This document shows positions 1 through 10,736 of a stretch of DNA of 64,000 nt, one piece after another. Each line of letters begins with the position of its first letter. Positions within the stretch are counted from its first letter, which is position 1. The DNA is taken from the NCBI GenBank assembly GCA_944390125.1, contig CALXOX010000001.1, positions 385,364-449,363 of the forward strand, given 5' to 3'. Below the pieces are notes generated by a model. That model ran no database searches, was not told the DNA's origin, and saw only the letters and a program-made list of their open reading frames with translations. Both the position numbers and the translations under genes were made by a program. This stretch comes from an uncultured Alphaproteobacteria bacterium. Its GTDB lineage: Bacteria; Pseudomonadota; Alphaproteobacteria; Rs-D84.

Positions 1-1075
1 CATACAAAGATATTTTACCTGGGTTTGGAATAAATGTTTCTGGATCTTCTGCATTGATACGGAATTCAATTGCATGACCGTGCGGCACAACGTTTGATTG
101 TGTGTACCCCAGTTTCTCGCCGGCTGCAACACGAATTTGTTCGCGCACCAAATCAATGCCATATACCATTTCTGTTACAGGGTGTTCCACCTGCAGACGA
201 GTATTCATTTCTAGAAAATAGAATTTACCGTCTTCAAACATAAATTCGAATGTTCCAGCATTTACATAACCCATTTTCTTTGCAGCGTTTTTGCATATTT
301 CAATCATATCATCGCGCTGTTTTTGTGTAAGAATTGCTGCCGGACATTCTTCCATAACTTTTTGGTTTTTACGTTGCAGCGAGCAATCACGTTCACCAAA
401 GATTACAACGTTCCCGTGCTTATCGCCAAGAACCTGAAATTCGATATGGCGTGGATGCATCAGCAATTTTTCCATATACAACGTATCGTCGCCAAAGCCA
501 GATTTAGCTTCGTTCTTAGTCATTTGGAATGCTTCTGGCATCTGTTCTGGTGACATAACTGGGCGAATTCCACGACCACCACCACCAGCTGCAGCCTTTA
601 ACATAACTGGATAGCCAATTTTTTCTGCCCAATCTAATGCGTCTTCCAATGTTTCAACGGCACCATCTGAACCTGGTACAACTGGCAAACCACATTTTAT
701 CGCAGTTTGTTTTGCATTTACCTTATCGCCCATTTTTTCAATCATGGCGGCAGATGGCCCAATCCAAATCAGTCCATGCTGTTCTACTTTTTGAGCAAAG
801 TCTGCACGTTCTGACAAGAAACCATATCCTGGATGGATAGCGTCTGCGTTAGTCAATAACGCTGCCGTTAAAATTGCAGACTCATTTAAATAAGAATCTT
901 TTGAAGGTCCTGGACCAATACAAACAGATTCGTCCGCTAACTGAACGTGCATAGCATTTTTATCAACAGTGGAATACACTGCAACAGTACGAATACCCAT
1001 ATCACGGCATGCACGAATAATGCGCAGTGCAATTTCACCACGGTTGGCAATTAAAACTTTTTTAATTTGTGACAT
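1..1075 (-). CDS. accC: Acetyl-CoA carboxylase biotin carboxylase subunit (runs off window start)
   Basis: Not in ORF track; reverse strand from CAT at 1073-1075 reads [27 protein letters not shown]..., with [19 protein letters not shown] and [16 protein letters not shown] motifs; follows accB. Confidence 0.97.
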   Translation of the reverse strand, partial: MSQIKKVLIANRGEIALRIIRACRDMGIRTVAVYSTVDKNAMHVQLADESVCIGPGPSKDSYLNESAILTAALLTNADAIHPGYGFLSERADFAQKVEQHGLIWIGPSAAMIEKMGDKVNAKQTAIKCGLPVVPGSDGAVETLEDALDWAEKIGYPVMLKAAAGGGGRGIRPVMSPEQMPEAFQMTKNEAKSGFGDDTLYMEKLLMHPRHIEFQVLGDKHGNVVIFGERDCSLQRKNQKVMEECPAAILTQKQRDDMIEICKNAAKKMGYVNAGTFEFMFEDGKFYFLEMNTRLQVEHPVTEMVYGIDLVREQIRVAAGEKLGYTQSNVVPHGHAIEFRINAEDPETFIPNPGKISLY

Positions 1076-1089
1076 TTTTTATTTGTTGC

Positions 1090-1545
1090 TTATTCTATAA
1101 CTATAATAGGTTGATCGAATTCAACGGCTTGCCCATCTGTTACCAAGATTTCTTTTACAACGCCGTCTTTATCAGACTTGATAGGATTGAATGTTTTCAT
1201 CGCTTCTATCAAAGCAACAGTATCCCCTGCTTTAATTTGTGCACCGACAGACGTGAATGGTTTTGCGCCTGGTTCTGGTGCCAAATAAGCAACACCGACC
1301 ATAGGAGATTTTAATGCATAACCATTGATAGCTTTTTCTGTATCAGTTGGCTCACTATTTGTATTTTTTGACTCTGTGGCGATTGGAAAATTAGGCATTG
1401 CAACTGCCGTGGCGCCTTGCTGTTTAGATAAATGAATGTGTTTACGATATACACCAAATAAAAATTGACGTTCTAAATCTAATTCTGTAATACCCATTTC
1501 ATCCATGATTTTTGACATAGATTCAACGGTTGCTCTAAAAGACAT
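1090..1545 (-). CDS. accB: Biotin carboxyl carrier protein
   Basis: SPMVG and IEAMKTFN biotinylation motif; upstream of accC. Confidence 0.95.
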   Translation of the reverse strand: MSFRATVESMSKIMDEMGITELDLERQFLFGVYRKHIHLSKQQGATAVAMPNFPIATESKNTNSEPTDTEKAINGYALKSPMVGVAYLAPEPGAKPFTSVGAQIKAGDTVALIEAMKTFNPIKSDKDGVVKEILVTDGQAVEFDQPIIVIE

Positions 1546-1632
1546 TTTTTCTATCCTTTTATATGTATACTTGTACTAAGTACTTATAAAAATACCCAAT
1601 GTGGTGAAATTTTACCACAATCAGCCCTGTTG

Positions 1633-1872
1633 TCAAGGGACAGGGTCATAGCCAAAACCGCCCCCTGGTCTGCAGCGCAGTATTCTGCGTATTCCAAGTA
1701 ATGTTCCTTTCCATATACCATACTTTTCAATAGCTTGACGAGTATATTCACTGCATGTTGGGATGAATCTGCAAGCTGCGCGCCCACCTATAAAAGGAGA
1801 AATACAAGACTGATAAAATAATACGAATTTAACAGCCACTTTTTTAGCTAAATTTGACAAAGGGCTAGGCAT
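1633..1872 (-). CDS. yidD: Membrane protein insertion efficiency factor YidD
   Basis: CRFIPTCSEY...RILRCRP...GYDPVP signature; overlaps rnpA end. Confidence 0.95.
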   Translation of the reverse strand: MPSPLSNLAKKVAVKFVLFYQSCISPFIGGRAACRFIPTCSEYTRQAIEKYGIWKGTLLGIRRILRCRPGGGFGYDPVP

Positions 1873-2215
1873 TTGTTATTTCAGCGTTTAGTTTCTTTAT
1901 ATAATGCAAGGCTTTACGCATAGCTTCACGACCGTCTGTGCGATTTGTCTGAAGTATGCCGCGTCTTGCGATAAATATATAGTCTAAGTTGTCACACATG
2001 TATTTTTCATTAAAGCGAATCCAGTCGCGCAACAAGCGCTTTGCACGATTTCTATCAACAGCAAATTTGAACAGTTTTTTCGTAACAACTAGACCGTATT
2101 GAGGGTCTTCTGTAAAGTGTGCCGGACGAGCACGTACGAAGAATAGTGCACAACGCGCGTTTATATCATTCTCGCCAATTAAAAAGTTTTGATGTTTCTT
2201 TATAGTATTTCTCAT
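1865..2215 (-). CDS. rnpA: Ribonuclease P protein component
   Basis: GLVVTKK..AVDRNRAKRLLR (RNR motif); likely start MRNTIKK at 2215. Confidence 0.92.
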   Translation of the reverse strand: MRNTIKKHQNFLIGENDINARCALFFVRARPAHFTEDPQYGLVVTKKLFKFAVDRNRAKRLLRDWIRFNEKYMCDNLDYIFIARRGILQTNRTDGREAMRKALHYIKKLNAEITNA

Positions 2216-2331
2216 ATCGGCTATATAATACCACAATATACGTATAAGCAAATAAAAAACACAAAATTAGTGTATGGCTGCTTGATTTTTTGCTTATCAG
2301 GTTTTATAGTGCAAAAAAATCACTACATTAG

Positions 2332-3389
<1,058 letters not shown>

Positions 3390-3390
<1 letters not shown>

Positions 3391-3415
3391 AAAAACTGGC
3401 ATTTGCCAGTTTTTT
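3390..3415 (+). terminator. Intrinsic terminator after mreB
   Basis: AAAAAACTGGC-ATTT-GCCAGTTTTTT. Confidence 0.85.
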
Positions 3416-3469
3416 ATTTGGGATTTTTTTGTCTAGATTTTATTGCTTTATATTGCAATAATACTTATT

Positions 3470-3650
3470 GCACTGGACGACTACCAATGCGGGGCGTGAT
3501 AACCTCTGAAGTTGTCGGAAACGACATAAAACATTTACTCCAACTAAGCGTTGCAGGTTGGAGGGTCGTGATATATATGAATAAACGACGCTATTACTTC
3601 AATAGTTATCAACCTCCAACCGCCATTAGTCAGGCGGCGTTTTTATTTGC
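3470..3650 (+). ncRNA. C4/CI-antisense-like structured leader RNA / attenuator (copy 1)
   Basis: P1 GGTTGGAGG(3556-64)/CCTCCAACC(3613-21); P2 GTCGT/ACGAC; P3 GCTATT-ACTTC-AATAGT; loop and bulge complementary to upstream TGAAGT and TGATAAC; terminator overlaps P1; same layout at 27000-27225. Confidence 0.65.
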
Positions 3651-3678
3651 ATTTTTTGCAAAAAATAGGGGAAATACT

Positions 3679-4269
3679 ATGAAGAAAATATTATGTTTAA
3701 TTAGCTTACTTTTGTGTGATGCGGCATTTGCGGTGGGGACACCTACACTCTATTACTGTAATTGTGGGCCTGGTTATGAAAGTACTAATAGCGTTTATAA
3801 TCGTTTGGATGCGTGTAAAAGTTCAAGTGATACAGAATGTATAGTGTCATCTTCGTCAACTGGATTTGTGTACAGAATGTCATATCAGGAAGCAGAACCA
3901 GCCTGTGGTGTGTGTCAGTGTTATTCAACTGTAAATGACTGGGAGTATAGCAGCTATTGTACGGTAAAAAGGACTAATATCAGAGTTTATGATAGCGGTG
4001 AGTTTTCAACAACTTGCAATTATGAATTTGAAACAGACGTTGGGTGTGATGACGGATGTTATATGGAGTGGTATGAACCTCAGGATCGTGATATTGGGTG
4101 TACAAGCTGTCCCAGAGTTTCTGATGATTGGACAGATTGTTATGGAAGAAGCAAAATAGGAAATAAACAAGGAATAGATGGATGCTGGCTTCCTTATTGT
4201 GGTAATATGGACGATGAAACTGGTACTTGGGTTATTACGGAAGACGAAAAATGCTTTTATCAACAGTAA
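3679..4269 (+). CDS. Cys-rich secreted hypothetical protein
   Basis: AGGGG RBS then MKKILCLISLLLCDAAFA signal peptide; about 17 Cys in mature part; the ORF-track start at 3403 runs through the terminator and leader RNA. Confidence 0.8.
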   Translation: MKKILCLISLLLCDAAFAVGTPTLYYCNCGPGYESTNSVYNRLDACKSSSDTECIVSSSSTGFVYRMSYQEAEPACGVCQCYSTVNDWEYSSYCTVKRTNIRVYDSGEFSTTCNYEFETDVGCDDGCYMEWYEPQDRDIGCTSCPRVSDDWTDCYGRSKIGNKQGIDGCWLPYCGNMDDETGTWVITEDEKCFYQQ

Positions 4270-4278
4270 TAATATAAC

Positions 4279-4743
4279 TTATTGATTTCTTTTCTTTCTA
4301 AATTCGTCCAATGAAACAACGCGACCGTTGTCTGGTACTGTGTCTGGTTTTTCTTCCAATGGTAATTCCATATCATTATCTGCAGCGGCCGCACCTTTCG
4401 GATGAAAAGATAGCATAAAGTCAACTGATGGGTCTTTGAATTCAACCAGCGCAGAAAAAGGAACGCGAATAAAGAAAGGTCTGCCGTCAAAGGTCAATTG
4501 TACACCAAATTCTTTATCTGAAACGTGTAAGTTATTATAAGAATACTGTAAAACAATTGTCATTATATCTGGATAACGAATTCTTAAAAAATCAGGCAGA
4601 ACAACGCCAGGGGCACGGGTTTTAAATGTTATATAAAAATGAGTACCATCGCCCAAACCGTTAAATTGTGCGTGTATCAACGCTTCTTTAACTACGGATT
4701 TTAATGCGTTATCTAATAATGCTTGATAATCAATTTTGCTCAT
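4279..4743 (-). CDS. sspB: ClpXP adaptor SspB (alphaproteobacterial type)
   Basis: HFYITFKT...YPDIMTIVLQ...F.DPSV.F and C-terminal VVSLDEFRKK ClpX-binding tail. Confidence 0.9.
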   Translation of the reverse strand: MSKIDYQALLDNALKSVVKEALIHAQFNGLGDGTHFYITFKTRAPGVVLPDFLRIRYPDIMTIVLQYSYNNLHVSDKEFGVQLTFDGRPFFIRVPFSALVEFKDPSVDFMLSFHPKGAAAADNDMELPLEEKPDTVPDNGRVVSLDEFRKKRNQ

Positions 4744-5827
4744 CTGTATTCTCCGGCACCAGTATATTATTTATTTCACCATCCTTGCAAGCAACAAATA
4801 CCGCATTTGGTACATCTTTGAAAACATCTGGATCTAAACCAGTTGCCCATACCTGTGCATCGGCAGCACCCAAATCGCGGAATAGTCTGGCACGTGCGTC
4901 TGAATCTAGGTGTGCAGCTGCTTCGTCCAATAATATCAGTGGTCTGCGATTTGTTTTTGTATGTATAAGTTTAGCATGCGCCAAAATTAAATTTAATAAA
5001 ACCGTTTTTTGTTGTCCGGTACTTGTTAAAGATGCAGGTAAGTTTAATTTCTTATTAAATACTCCAAAGTCAGATTTGTGTGGACCGTCCAAAATCATTT
5101 TGTCTCCGACTAACTCACGGTTATTTTGAAGATAATTTAAGTATTGTCTTTCTGCCTCGCCAGTTGTTGCACCGTCTATCAGCATTTGTTCGACAAGTCC
5201 CGATACAGTTACGGCGCAATTTGTCAGAAAGTAATTTAATTCGCCCGCATATTGAATACGTGCGGCGGCAATTGCAACAGATGTTCCGGCGATTTGTTCG
5301 TCTAATGCATCAAGCCAATTTTTGTCGCTGCCGTTTTTTATAGCGAATGCACGTTCTGATAATAGTTTTGAAAGGCGTGCCACCCTGCCCCCGTGAGATG
5401 TATCAAAACTTGTTGCCAGTCTATCAAAGAAAGCACGACGTTCTGATGCTGCATCAACAAATAGTCTGTCTTCACGTGGTGTCAACCATACCATTCGTAA
5501 TATATTGCTAAGGTTACCAAGTGTGGCACTGTCACCGTCTATTTTGGCTCGTCGATTAGAATCATTATTTGTAAAATATACAGAAATTTCTGTTTCGTCA
5601 TTTAATTCTGCTGTGATTGAAAAGCATCCGTCTCCATTAAATTTTGCAATTTCAGCCATTGGTGCTCCGCGAAGTCCTTTGTCGCCAGATAGCATGGATA
5701 CGGCTTCTAATATAGCAGTTTTGCCTGCACCATTTGGTCCAGTAATGATAACATTGCGACGACCGTGCGTTATTATTCGTGCTGTCGTATGATTGCGAAA
5801 ATTATAAAGAGTAATTGTTTCAATCAT
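4730..5827 (-). CDS. recF: DNA replication and repair protein RecF
   Basis: NFRN, GPNGAGKT Walker A, GPHKSD, STGQQK, LLDEAAAHLD. Confidence 0.95.
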   Translation of the reverse strand: MIETITLYNFRNHTTARIITHGRRNVIITGPNGAGKTAILEAVSMLSGDKGLRGAPMAEIAKFNGDGCFSITAELNDETEISVYFTNNDSNRRAKIDGDSATLGNLSNILRMVWLTPREDRLFVDAASERRAFFDRLATSFDTSHGGRVARLSKLLSERAFAIKNGSDKNWLDALDEQIAGTSVAIAAARIQYAGELNYFLTNCAVTVSGLVEQMLIDGATTGEAERQYLNYLQNNRELVGDKMILDGPHKSDFGVFNKKLNLPASLTSTGQQKTVLLNLILAHAKLIHTKTNRRPLILLDEAAAHLDSDARARLFRDLGAADAQVWATGLDPDVFKDVPNAVFVACKDGEINNILVPENTDEQN

Positions 5828-5906
5828 AGCCGGATGATACAACGTTTCTAAGAAAAATACAAAAGAAAAGCAAAACGAAACGCCCGTATTGGTGGGCGTT
5901 TAAATT

Positions 5907-5980
5907 TGGAGGCCTGGGTCGGAATCGAACCGGCATACAAGGATTTGCAGTCCTCTGCATAACCACTCTGCCACCAGGCC
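5907..5980 (-). tRNA. tRNA-Cys(GCA)
   Basis: GGCCTGG acceptor stem, GCA anticodon, GGTTCGATTCC T-arm, encoded CCA; terminator hairpin at about 5877-5903. Confidence 0.97.
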
Positions 5981-6076
5981 AAGTTTTGTGTACCTATACT
6001 AAGCAAAAAAAAATTGTAATTCAACATAAAAATTGTATTATATAATATATTTTGTATCATGGGGGACAGGAGAGTT

Positions 6077-7405
6077 ATGAAGAAAATTCTAGCAGTTTTG
6101 TGCTTGCTGCCGACTAGTGTCTTGGCGGCAACGGATAATTGCCGTACGATGGAAATGGTCCCAGAAGGTGAATTGACACTGCAACAAGTAATTGAATTGG
6201 GGTTATGTCGTAATCCAGAAACAGCATCCGCTTATTTATCGTTGGAATCTGCAAGATTTAATAAAAATGCTGGGTATGCTCAGTACTTACCTAGTGTTAG
6301 TGTTTCTGGTTCTGCCAGTTTGCCTTATCGCAACCAGGAATGGTCTGATTGGTCTTATGGAGCATCAATTTCTGCGTCTTATTTAATTTTTGATTTTGGC
6401 AAGCGTTTGTCTGATGTAAATCAGTTGATATCGACGTGGCGTGCGACTGGGTTTGATTACAGCGAATCAGTTCAGAATTATGTTTATGGTGTAATTGGTG
6501 CATATTATGCGCTGTTGAATGCAGATGCGGACGTAAAAACAGCACAGGCTGTTAAAGATGTATCGCAGACAGCAAAAGATACGGCGGATACAAAATTCAA
6601 GGCAGGTGCAGTTGCCAAGGCGGACGTGTTAAAGGCTGATGTTACATTGTCTAGCAGTATTTTGGATTTAGAGCGTGCGAAGAATAATCGTGAAATTGCG
6701 AAGGGAAATTTGTTGGCAAAACTGTCCTTTCCATCGGAGCAAGAGATAGAAATTGCCGATATGCCATCTGATTTTGGGTCTGAAGAAGAAAACAAAAGCA
6801 TAGAAGAATTGATTGCAGAGGCGCGTGAAAAACGCCCTGACCTGTTGCGTGCGACAGCGAACAAGGATGCAGCGTGGCATCGTAGAAACAGTGCATTTTT
6901 ATCTAATTTGCCAAGTATTTCTGCAAGTGGTAGTTTGTCTTGGAATAATATTCCGTCAGACGTGTTTAATGCGGGGCAAGACGAGTGGAGTGGCAGTATA
7001 GGTATTCGGGCGTCTATGCCTATATTTGCGGGATTTGCAAATATGTATAACGTACGTTCGGCTCAAGCGAATTATGAACGCGCCAAGGAACAGGAACGTT
7101 TAACGGTTGATAATGCGATGCTGGATGTATTCACAGCATATCAGAATTATAAGACCGCTCAGATGGTTCTGAAGCAGACAGAAGTCCTGTTGGCTTCCGC
7201 AAAAGAATCTGAAAATGTTACTGCCGGTATGTATAAGGTTGGTAAAGCAACGATGTTAGATTGGCAGACGTCTTTAGCAGATTTGTCTGATGCGCACAAA
7301 CAAAACAATGCCGCGAAATACGATTTGTTTACAAAGCGTGCTGCTTTGGCATTGGCAATTGGCGATATTAAAGAGGGTTTAATGGAGGAAGAAGTAGATG
7401 AATAA
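6077..7405 (+). CDS. TolC-family outer membrane factor
   Basis: Signal peptide, duplicated OEP halves (YLPSVS/NLPSIS, IFDFG/PIFAG); heads the MacAB-like operon. Confidence 0.9.
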   Translation: MKKILAVLCLLPTSVLAATDNCRTMEMVPEGELTLQQVIELGLCRNPETASAYLSLESARFNKNAGYAQYLPSVSVSGSASLPYRNQEWSDWSYGASISASYLIFDFGKRLSDVNQLISTWRATGFDYSESVQNYVYGVIGAYYALLNADADVKTAQAVKDVSQTAKDTADTKFKAGAVAKADVLKADVTLSSSILDLERAKNNREIAKGNLLAKLSFPSEQEIEIADMPSDFGSEEENKSIEELIAEAREKRPDLLRATANKDAAWHRRNSAFLSNLPSISASGSLSWNNIPSDVFNAGQDEWSGSIGIRASMPIFAGFANMYNVRSAQANYERAKEQERLTVDNAMLDVFTAYQNYKTAQMVLKQTEVLLASAKESENVTAGMYKVGKATMLDWQTSLADLSDAHKQNNAAKYDLFTKRAALALAIGDIKEGLMEEEVDE

Positions 7406-8582
7406 GGAAGAAAAGAAAAAAGGTGGACTTTGGTCATGGATAAAACGCCGTAAATGGTGGATTCTTCTTGTTGCCATAGTTGCTGGGACTGCTGTTTATT
7501 TTATGGGTGGCAGCAGCAATAATCAGGGAACTGGTTTTGCAACCGCAACAATTACCAAAGGGGATTTGCGACAGGTTGTGACCGCAACTGGTGAAATTCA
7601 GCCATTAAACACCATAAATGTGGGCTCTCAGGTAAGTGGTACAATTGAAGCAATTTACGTTGACTATAATTCAAAAGTGAAAAAAGGAGATGTTCTGTTA
7701 AAAATAGAACCATCTGTGTTGCAGGCGTCTGTAGATGAGGCGTATGCATCTTTGGTAAGTTCTGAGTCTCAGCGTAATTATGCGAAAAGCGAATACGAAC
7801 GTAATAAGACACTATTTGATGCGGGATTTATTTCACGTGCAGAATTAGAGCAGTCTCAAACAACTTATGAACAGGCCGAGCAGAATGTGAATAAGATGAA
7901 ATCACAATATGATCGTGCTGTGACGAATTTGGGATATGCTACAATTACTTCTCCTGTTGATGGTACAGTTATTTCCCGTCAGGTGGACGTTGGACAAACT
8001 GTTGCTGCATCATTCCAGACACCAGATTTGTTTGAAATTGCAGAGGATTTGTCTCAGATGCAAATTGAAACATCTGTATCAGAAGCCGATATTGGTATGA
8101 TTGCGGAAGGTCAGTCTGTGACGTTCACAGTTGATGCGTATCCAAGTCAAACCTTTGAAGGATTTGTACGTCAGGTGCGTTTGTCCCCGACCATCACATC
8201 GAACGTTGTTGTGTACACGGTTGTAATTGATGTAGATAACACAGATTTGCGCTTAAAGCCTGGTATGACAGCGTTTGTAACAATACTAATTTCTGAAAAG
8301 AAAGATATATGGAAGGTTCAAAATTCCGCGTTGATTCTGCGTAGCTTTGACGGTATTGTTGCGGATCCTGGCGACGCAACGCCAAGCGACCATTTGGCAA
8401 TTCAACGCATGGTAAATGGTGAACCAACAGTCGTTTTGGTGCCTTATGAAAAAGGGCTTGTAACTGCAACAGAAACAGAAATTATTTCTGACGAGATTCA
8501 AGAAGGCGACAGAATAATATTTGGCCGTTATGGTTTATCTTCGACAGGTTCGTCTAGTATGCGTATGGGACCACCAATGTAA
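7398..8582 (+). CDS. MacA-like periplasmic adaptor (membrane fusion protein)
   Basis: N-terminal TM, VGSQVSG, SPVDGTV..R.VDVGQTVAASFQTP, VDAYP, LKPGMTA. Confidence 0.93.
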   Translation: MNKEEKKKGGLWSWIKRRKWWILLVAIVAGTAVYFMGGSSNNQGTGFATATITKGDLRQVVTATGEIQPLNTINVGSQVSGTIEAIYVDYNSKVKKGDVLLKIEPSVLQASVDEAYASLVSSESQRNYAKSEYERNKTLFDAGFISRAELEQSQTTYEQAEQNVNKMKSQYDRAVTNLGYATITSPVDGTVISRQVDVGQTVAASFQTPDLFEIAEDLSQMQIETSVSEADIGMIAEGQSVTFTVDAYPSQTFEGFVRQVRLSPTITSNVVVYTVVIDVDNTDLRLKPGMTAFVTILISEKKDIWKVQNSALILRSFDGIVADPGDATPSDHLAIQRMVNGEPTVVLVPYEKGLVTATETEIISDEIQEGDRIIFGRYGLSSTGSSSMRMGPPM

Positions 8583-8674
8583 AAAAATTAGATAGCGGGG
8601 CAAGTGCCCCGTTATTTTTTGTAAAAATTTTCGTCATAAATGATATAATTTTCTGGGTAAAGAGAGAATGTAAT

Positions 8675-9418
8675 ATGAAGAAAACTAACGGGAAAAAATC
8701 AGACGTAAATATTATTTCTATGAACAAAATTTGTAAAAGTTTCCCCGTTGAAATGGGGGGCGAACAGCAAGTTTTGTTTGATATAACTTTTGATGTAAAT
8801 CAGGGTGAATTTGTATCCATTATGGGGCCGTCTGGCAGTGGAAAATCAACATGTATGAATATAATTGGTGCATTGGATACGCCTACTAGTGGTACGTATA
8901 AATTGTACGGGAAAGATGTTACTAATTTATCATCGGATGAGTTGGCAATTGTCAGAAATGAATATATTGGATTTGTATTTCAGCAGTTTAATTTATTATC
9001 GAAACGTAGTGTGCTAGATAATGTAATGATGCCGTTGATGTATCGTGGTCTGCCGATGAGTGAACGCATAAGACGGGCTCGTGAAATGTTAAAACGGGTT
9101 GGACTGGAAAAGTTTGAATCTTACTTGCCGACTCAGTTGTCGGGTGGTATGAAACAGCGTGTTGCAATTGCGCGTGCATTGGCAGGCGATCCAAAGTTGA
9201 TTTTGGCAGACGAACCAACTGGTGCCTTGGACAGTAAGATGGGAAATGAAATTCTGCAATTTTTCAAAAAATTGAATGAAGAGATGGGTATTACAATCGT
9301 AATGATTACTCATGAATTTGAAATTGCGCAGTATTCAAACCGTTTAATTCACATCTACGACGGCCATATAACTTATGATGGTAAAGTTCCGCGTGACGAA
9401 AAGGTATTACAGAAATAA
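8675..9418 (+). CDS. MacB-type ABC transporter ATP-binding protein
   Basis: GPSGSGKS, LSGG..QRVAIARAL, LADEPTGALD. Confidence 0.95.
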   Translation: MKKTNGKKSDVNIISMNKICKSFPVEMGGEQQVLFDITFDVNQGEFVSIMGPSGSGKSTCMNIIGALDTPTSGTYKLYGKDVTNLSSDELAIVRNEYIGFVFQQFNLLSKRSVLDNVMMPLMYRGLPMSERIRRAREMLKRVGLEKFESYLPTQLSGGMKQRVAIARALAGDPKLILADEPTGALDSKMGNEILQFFKKLNEEMGITIVMITHEFEIAQYSNRLIHIYDGHITYDGKVPRDEKVLQK

Positions 9419-9433
9419 AAAGCAGGTAAGAAA

Positions 9434-10651
9434 ATGACTTTTAATGATATTATGAAAGAATCTTGGTTGTCTATTAGTGGCAACAAAGTCCGTTCGTTTT
9501 TGACTGTATTGGGTATAGTTATTGGCGTTATGGCAGTTGTTATAATGGTTGCTGTTGGTGAAACTGTATCAAAACAGATAAGCGACCAATTTTCATCATT
9601 GGGAACAAATACTATTATGATACGTGCAGGTGCTGCGCAAAGCGCGGGCGTCAGAACAGGAAATCGCCAAACTTTAACGACACAGGATGCGGAATTTATA
9701 GGTCAGTTGCCAGATGTTGCTTCGTTCAGCCCGGTTCAAAACGCGGCTGCGCAGGTAATTTATGGTAATCAAAACTGGGCTACATCAATGGTTGGTGTTT
9801 ATCCTGGTTATGAGCAGGTCCAAAACCTGGAAATGGAATACGGCACATTTTTCAACCAGGCAGCGGTTAGAAATGGTTCTACATATGCTATAATCGGACC
9901 AAAAACGGCAGAAGAGTTAGGTATGCCAGAGAATCCAGTAGGCGAGATAATTCGTGTTCTGAATGTACCTCTTACTGTTATAGGTATGACAAAAGAGCGT
10001 GGTGATTCTGCCATGGGAAGTCAGGACGATATGATAATAATTCCTATTACAACGTTAAAAAAACGTTTACAGGGTAGTCGTTTTCCAAATGCAGTAAGCA
10101 TGATAACAATAAAATTAAAAGAAGGTGCAGACAATGCGCTGGTGATAGAACAGATTACTGCCCTACTTCGCGAACGCCATAAATTGGCAGATGATGCTGC
10201 AGATGATTTCCAGATTATGGATATGAAACAGGTTATGGAAGCAATGGATACTGTTACTGGCTATATGACACTGCTGTTAGTTGCCATTGCGGCCGTATCA
10301 TTGTTGGTTGGTTCTATTGGTATTATGAACATGATGCTGGTATCAGTTGCTGAACGTACGCGTGAAATTGGTATACGTAAAGCAATTGGTGCACGCGAAA
10401 GACATATTATCGTTCAATTCTTATCAGAAACAATTTTGATATCTTTTATGGGTTCTATGGCAGGTTTATTACTGGGGGTTGGTTTATCACAAGGAATAGG
10501 AAGATTTGTTCTTGGGTATAACGTTCCATTCAGTGCATGGCCTGTTGTTGTATCTGTAACTGTTGCAGTTGTTGTTGGATTGGCATCTGGTGTTATGCCG
10601 GCAATGAAAGCCGCAAAATTGAATCCAATAGATAGTTTAAGATACGAATAA
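9434..10651 (+). CDS. MacB/FtsX-type ABC transporter permease
   Basis: RSFLTVLGIVIG, GIMNMMLVSVAERTREIGIRKAIGA, LNPIDSLRYE. Confidence 0.95.
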   Translation: MTFNDIMKESWLSISGNKVRSFLTVLGIVIGVMAVVIMVAVGETVSKQISDQFSSLGTNTIMIRAGAAQSAGVRTGNRQTLTTQDAEFIGQLPDVASFSPVQNAAAQVIYGNQNWATSMVGVYPGYEQVQNLEMEYGTFFNQAAVRNGSTYAIIGPKTAEELGMPENPVGEIIRVLNVPLTVIGMTKERGDSAMGSQDDMIIIPITTLKKRLQGSRFPNAVSMITIKLKEGADNALVIEQITALLRERHKLADDAADDFQIMDMKQVMEAMDTVTGYMTLLLVAIAAVSLLVGSIGIMNMMLVSVAERTREIGIRKAIGARERHIIVQFLSETILISFMGSMAGLLLGVGLSQGIGRFVLGYNVPFSAWPVVVSVTVAVVVGLASGVMPAMKAAKLNPIDSLRYE

Positions 10652-10657
10652 GAAAGC

Positions 10658-10686
10658 AAAACATCCGCTTTGCGGGTGTTTTTTTT
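10658..10686 (+). terminator. Intrinsic terminator after efflux operon
   Basis: AAAACATCCGC-TTT-GCGGGTGTTTTTTT. Confidence 0.75.
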
Positions 10687-10736
10687 ATGTCTAATTTAAT
10701 TGACGAATCTTATATTTGTGTTATTGTTTTGCTGTC

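Noticed and set aside
3490-3530. Hammerhead ribozyme or tmRNA interpretation of the leaders (CTGAAG...GAAAC; GGGGCTG at 27027)
   Set aside because: No CUGANGA core with stems I-III; no tRNA-like T-arm or CCA and no tag reading frame
3470-3650. Known metabolite riboswitch (c-di-GMP, TPP, SAM, cobalamin, T-box)
   Set aside because: None of the conserved cores found; the two copies conserve pairing but not loop sequence, unlike ligand aptamers
5848-6060. 70-aa ORF
   Set aside because: Overlaps tRNA-Cys and its terminator; it is a translation of the tRNA
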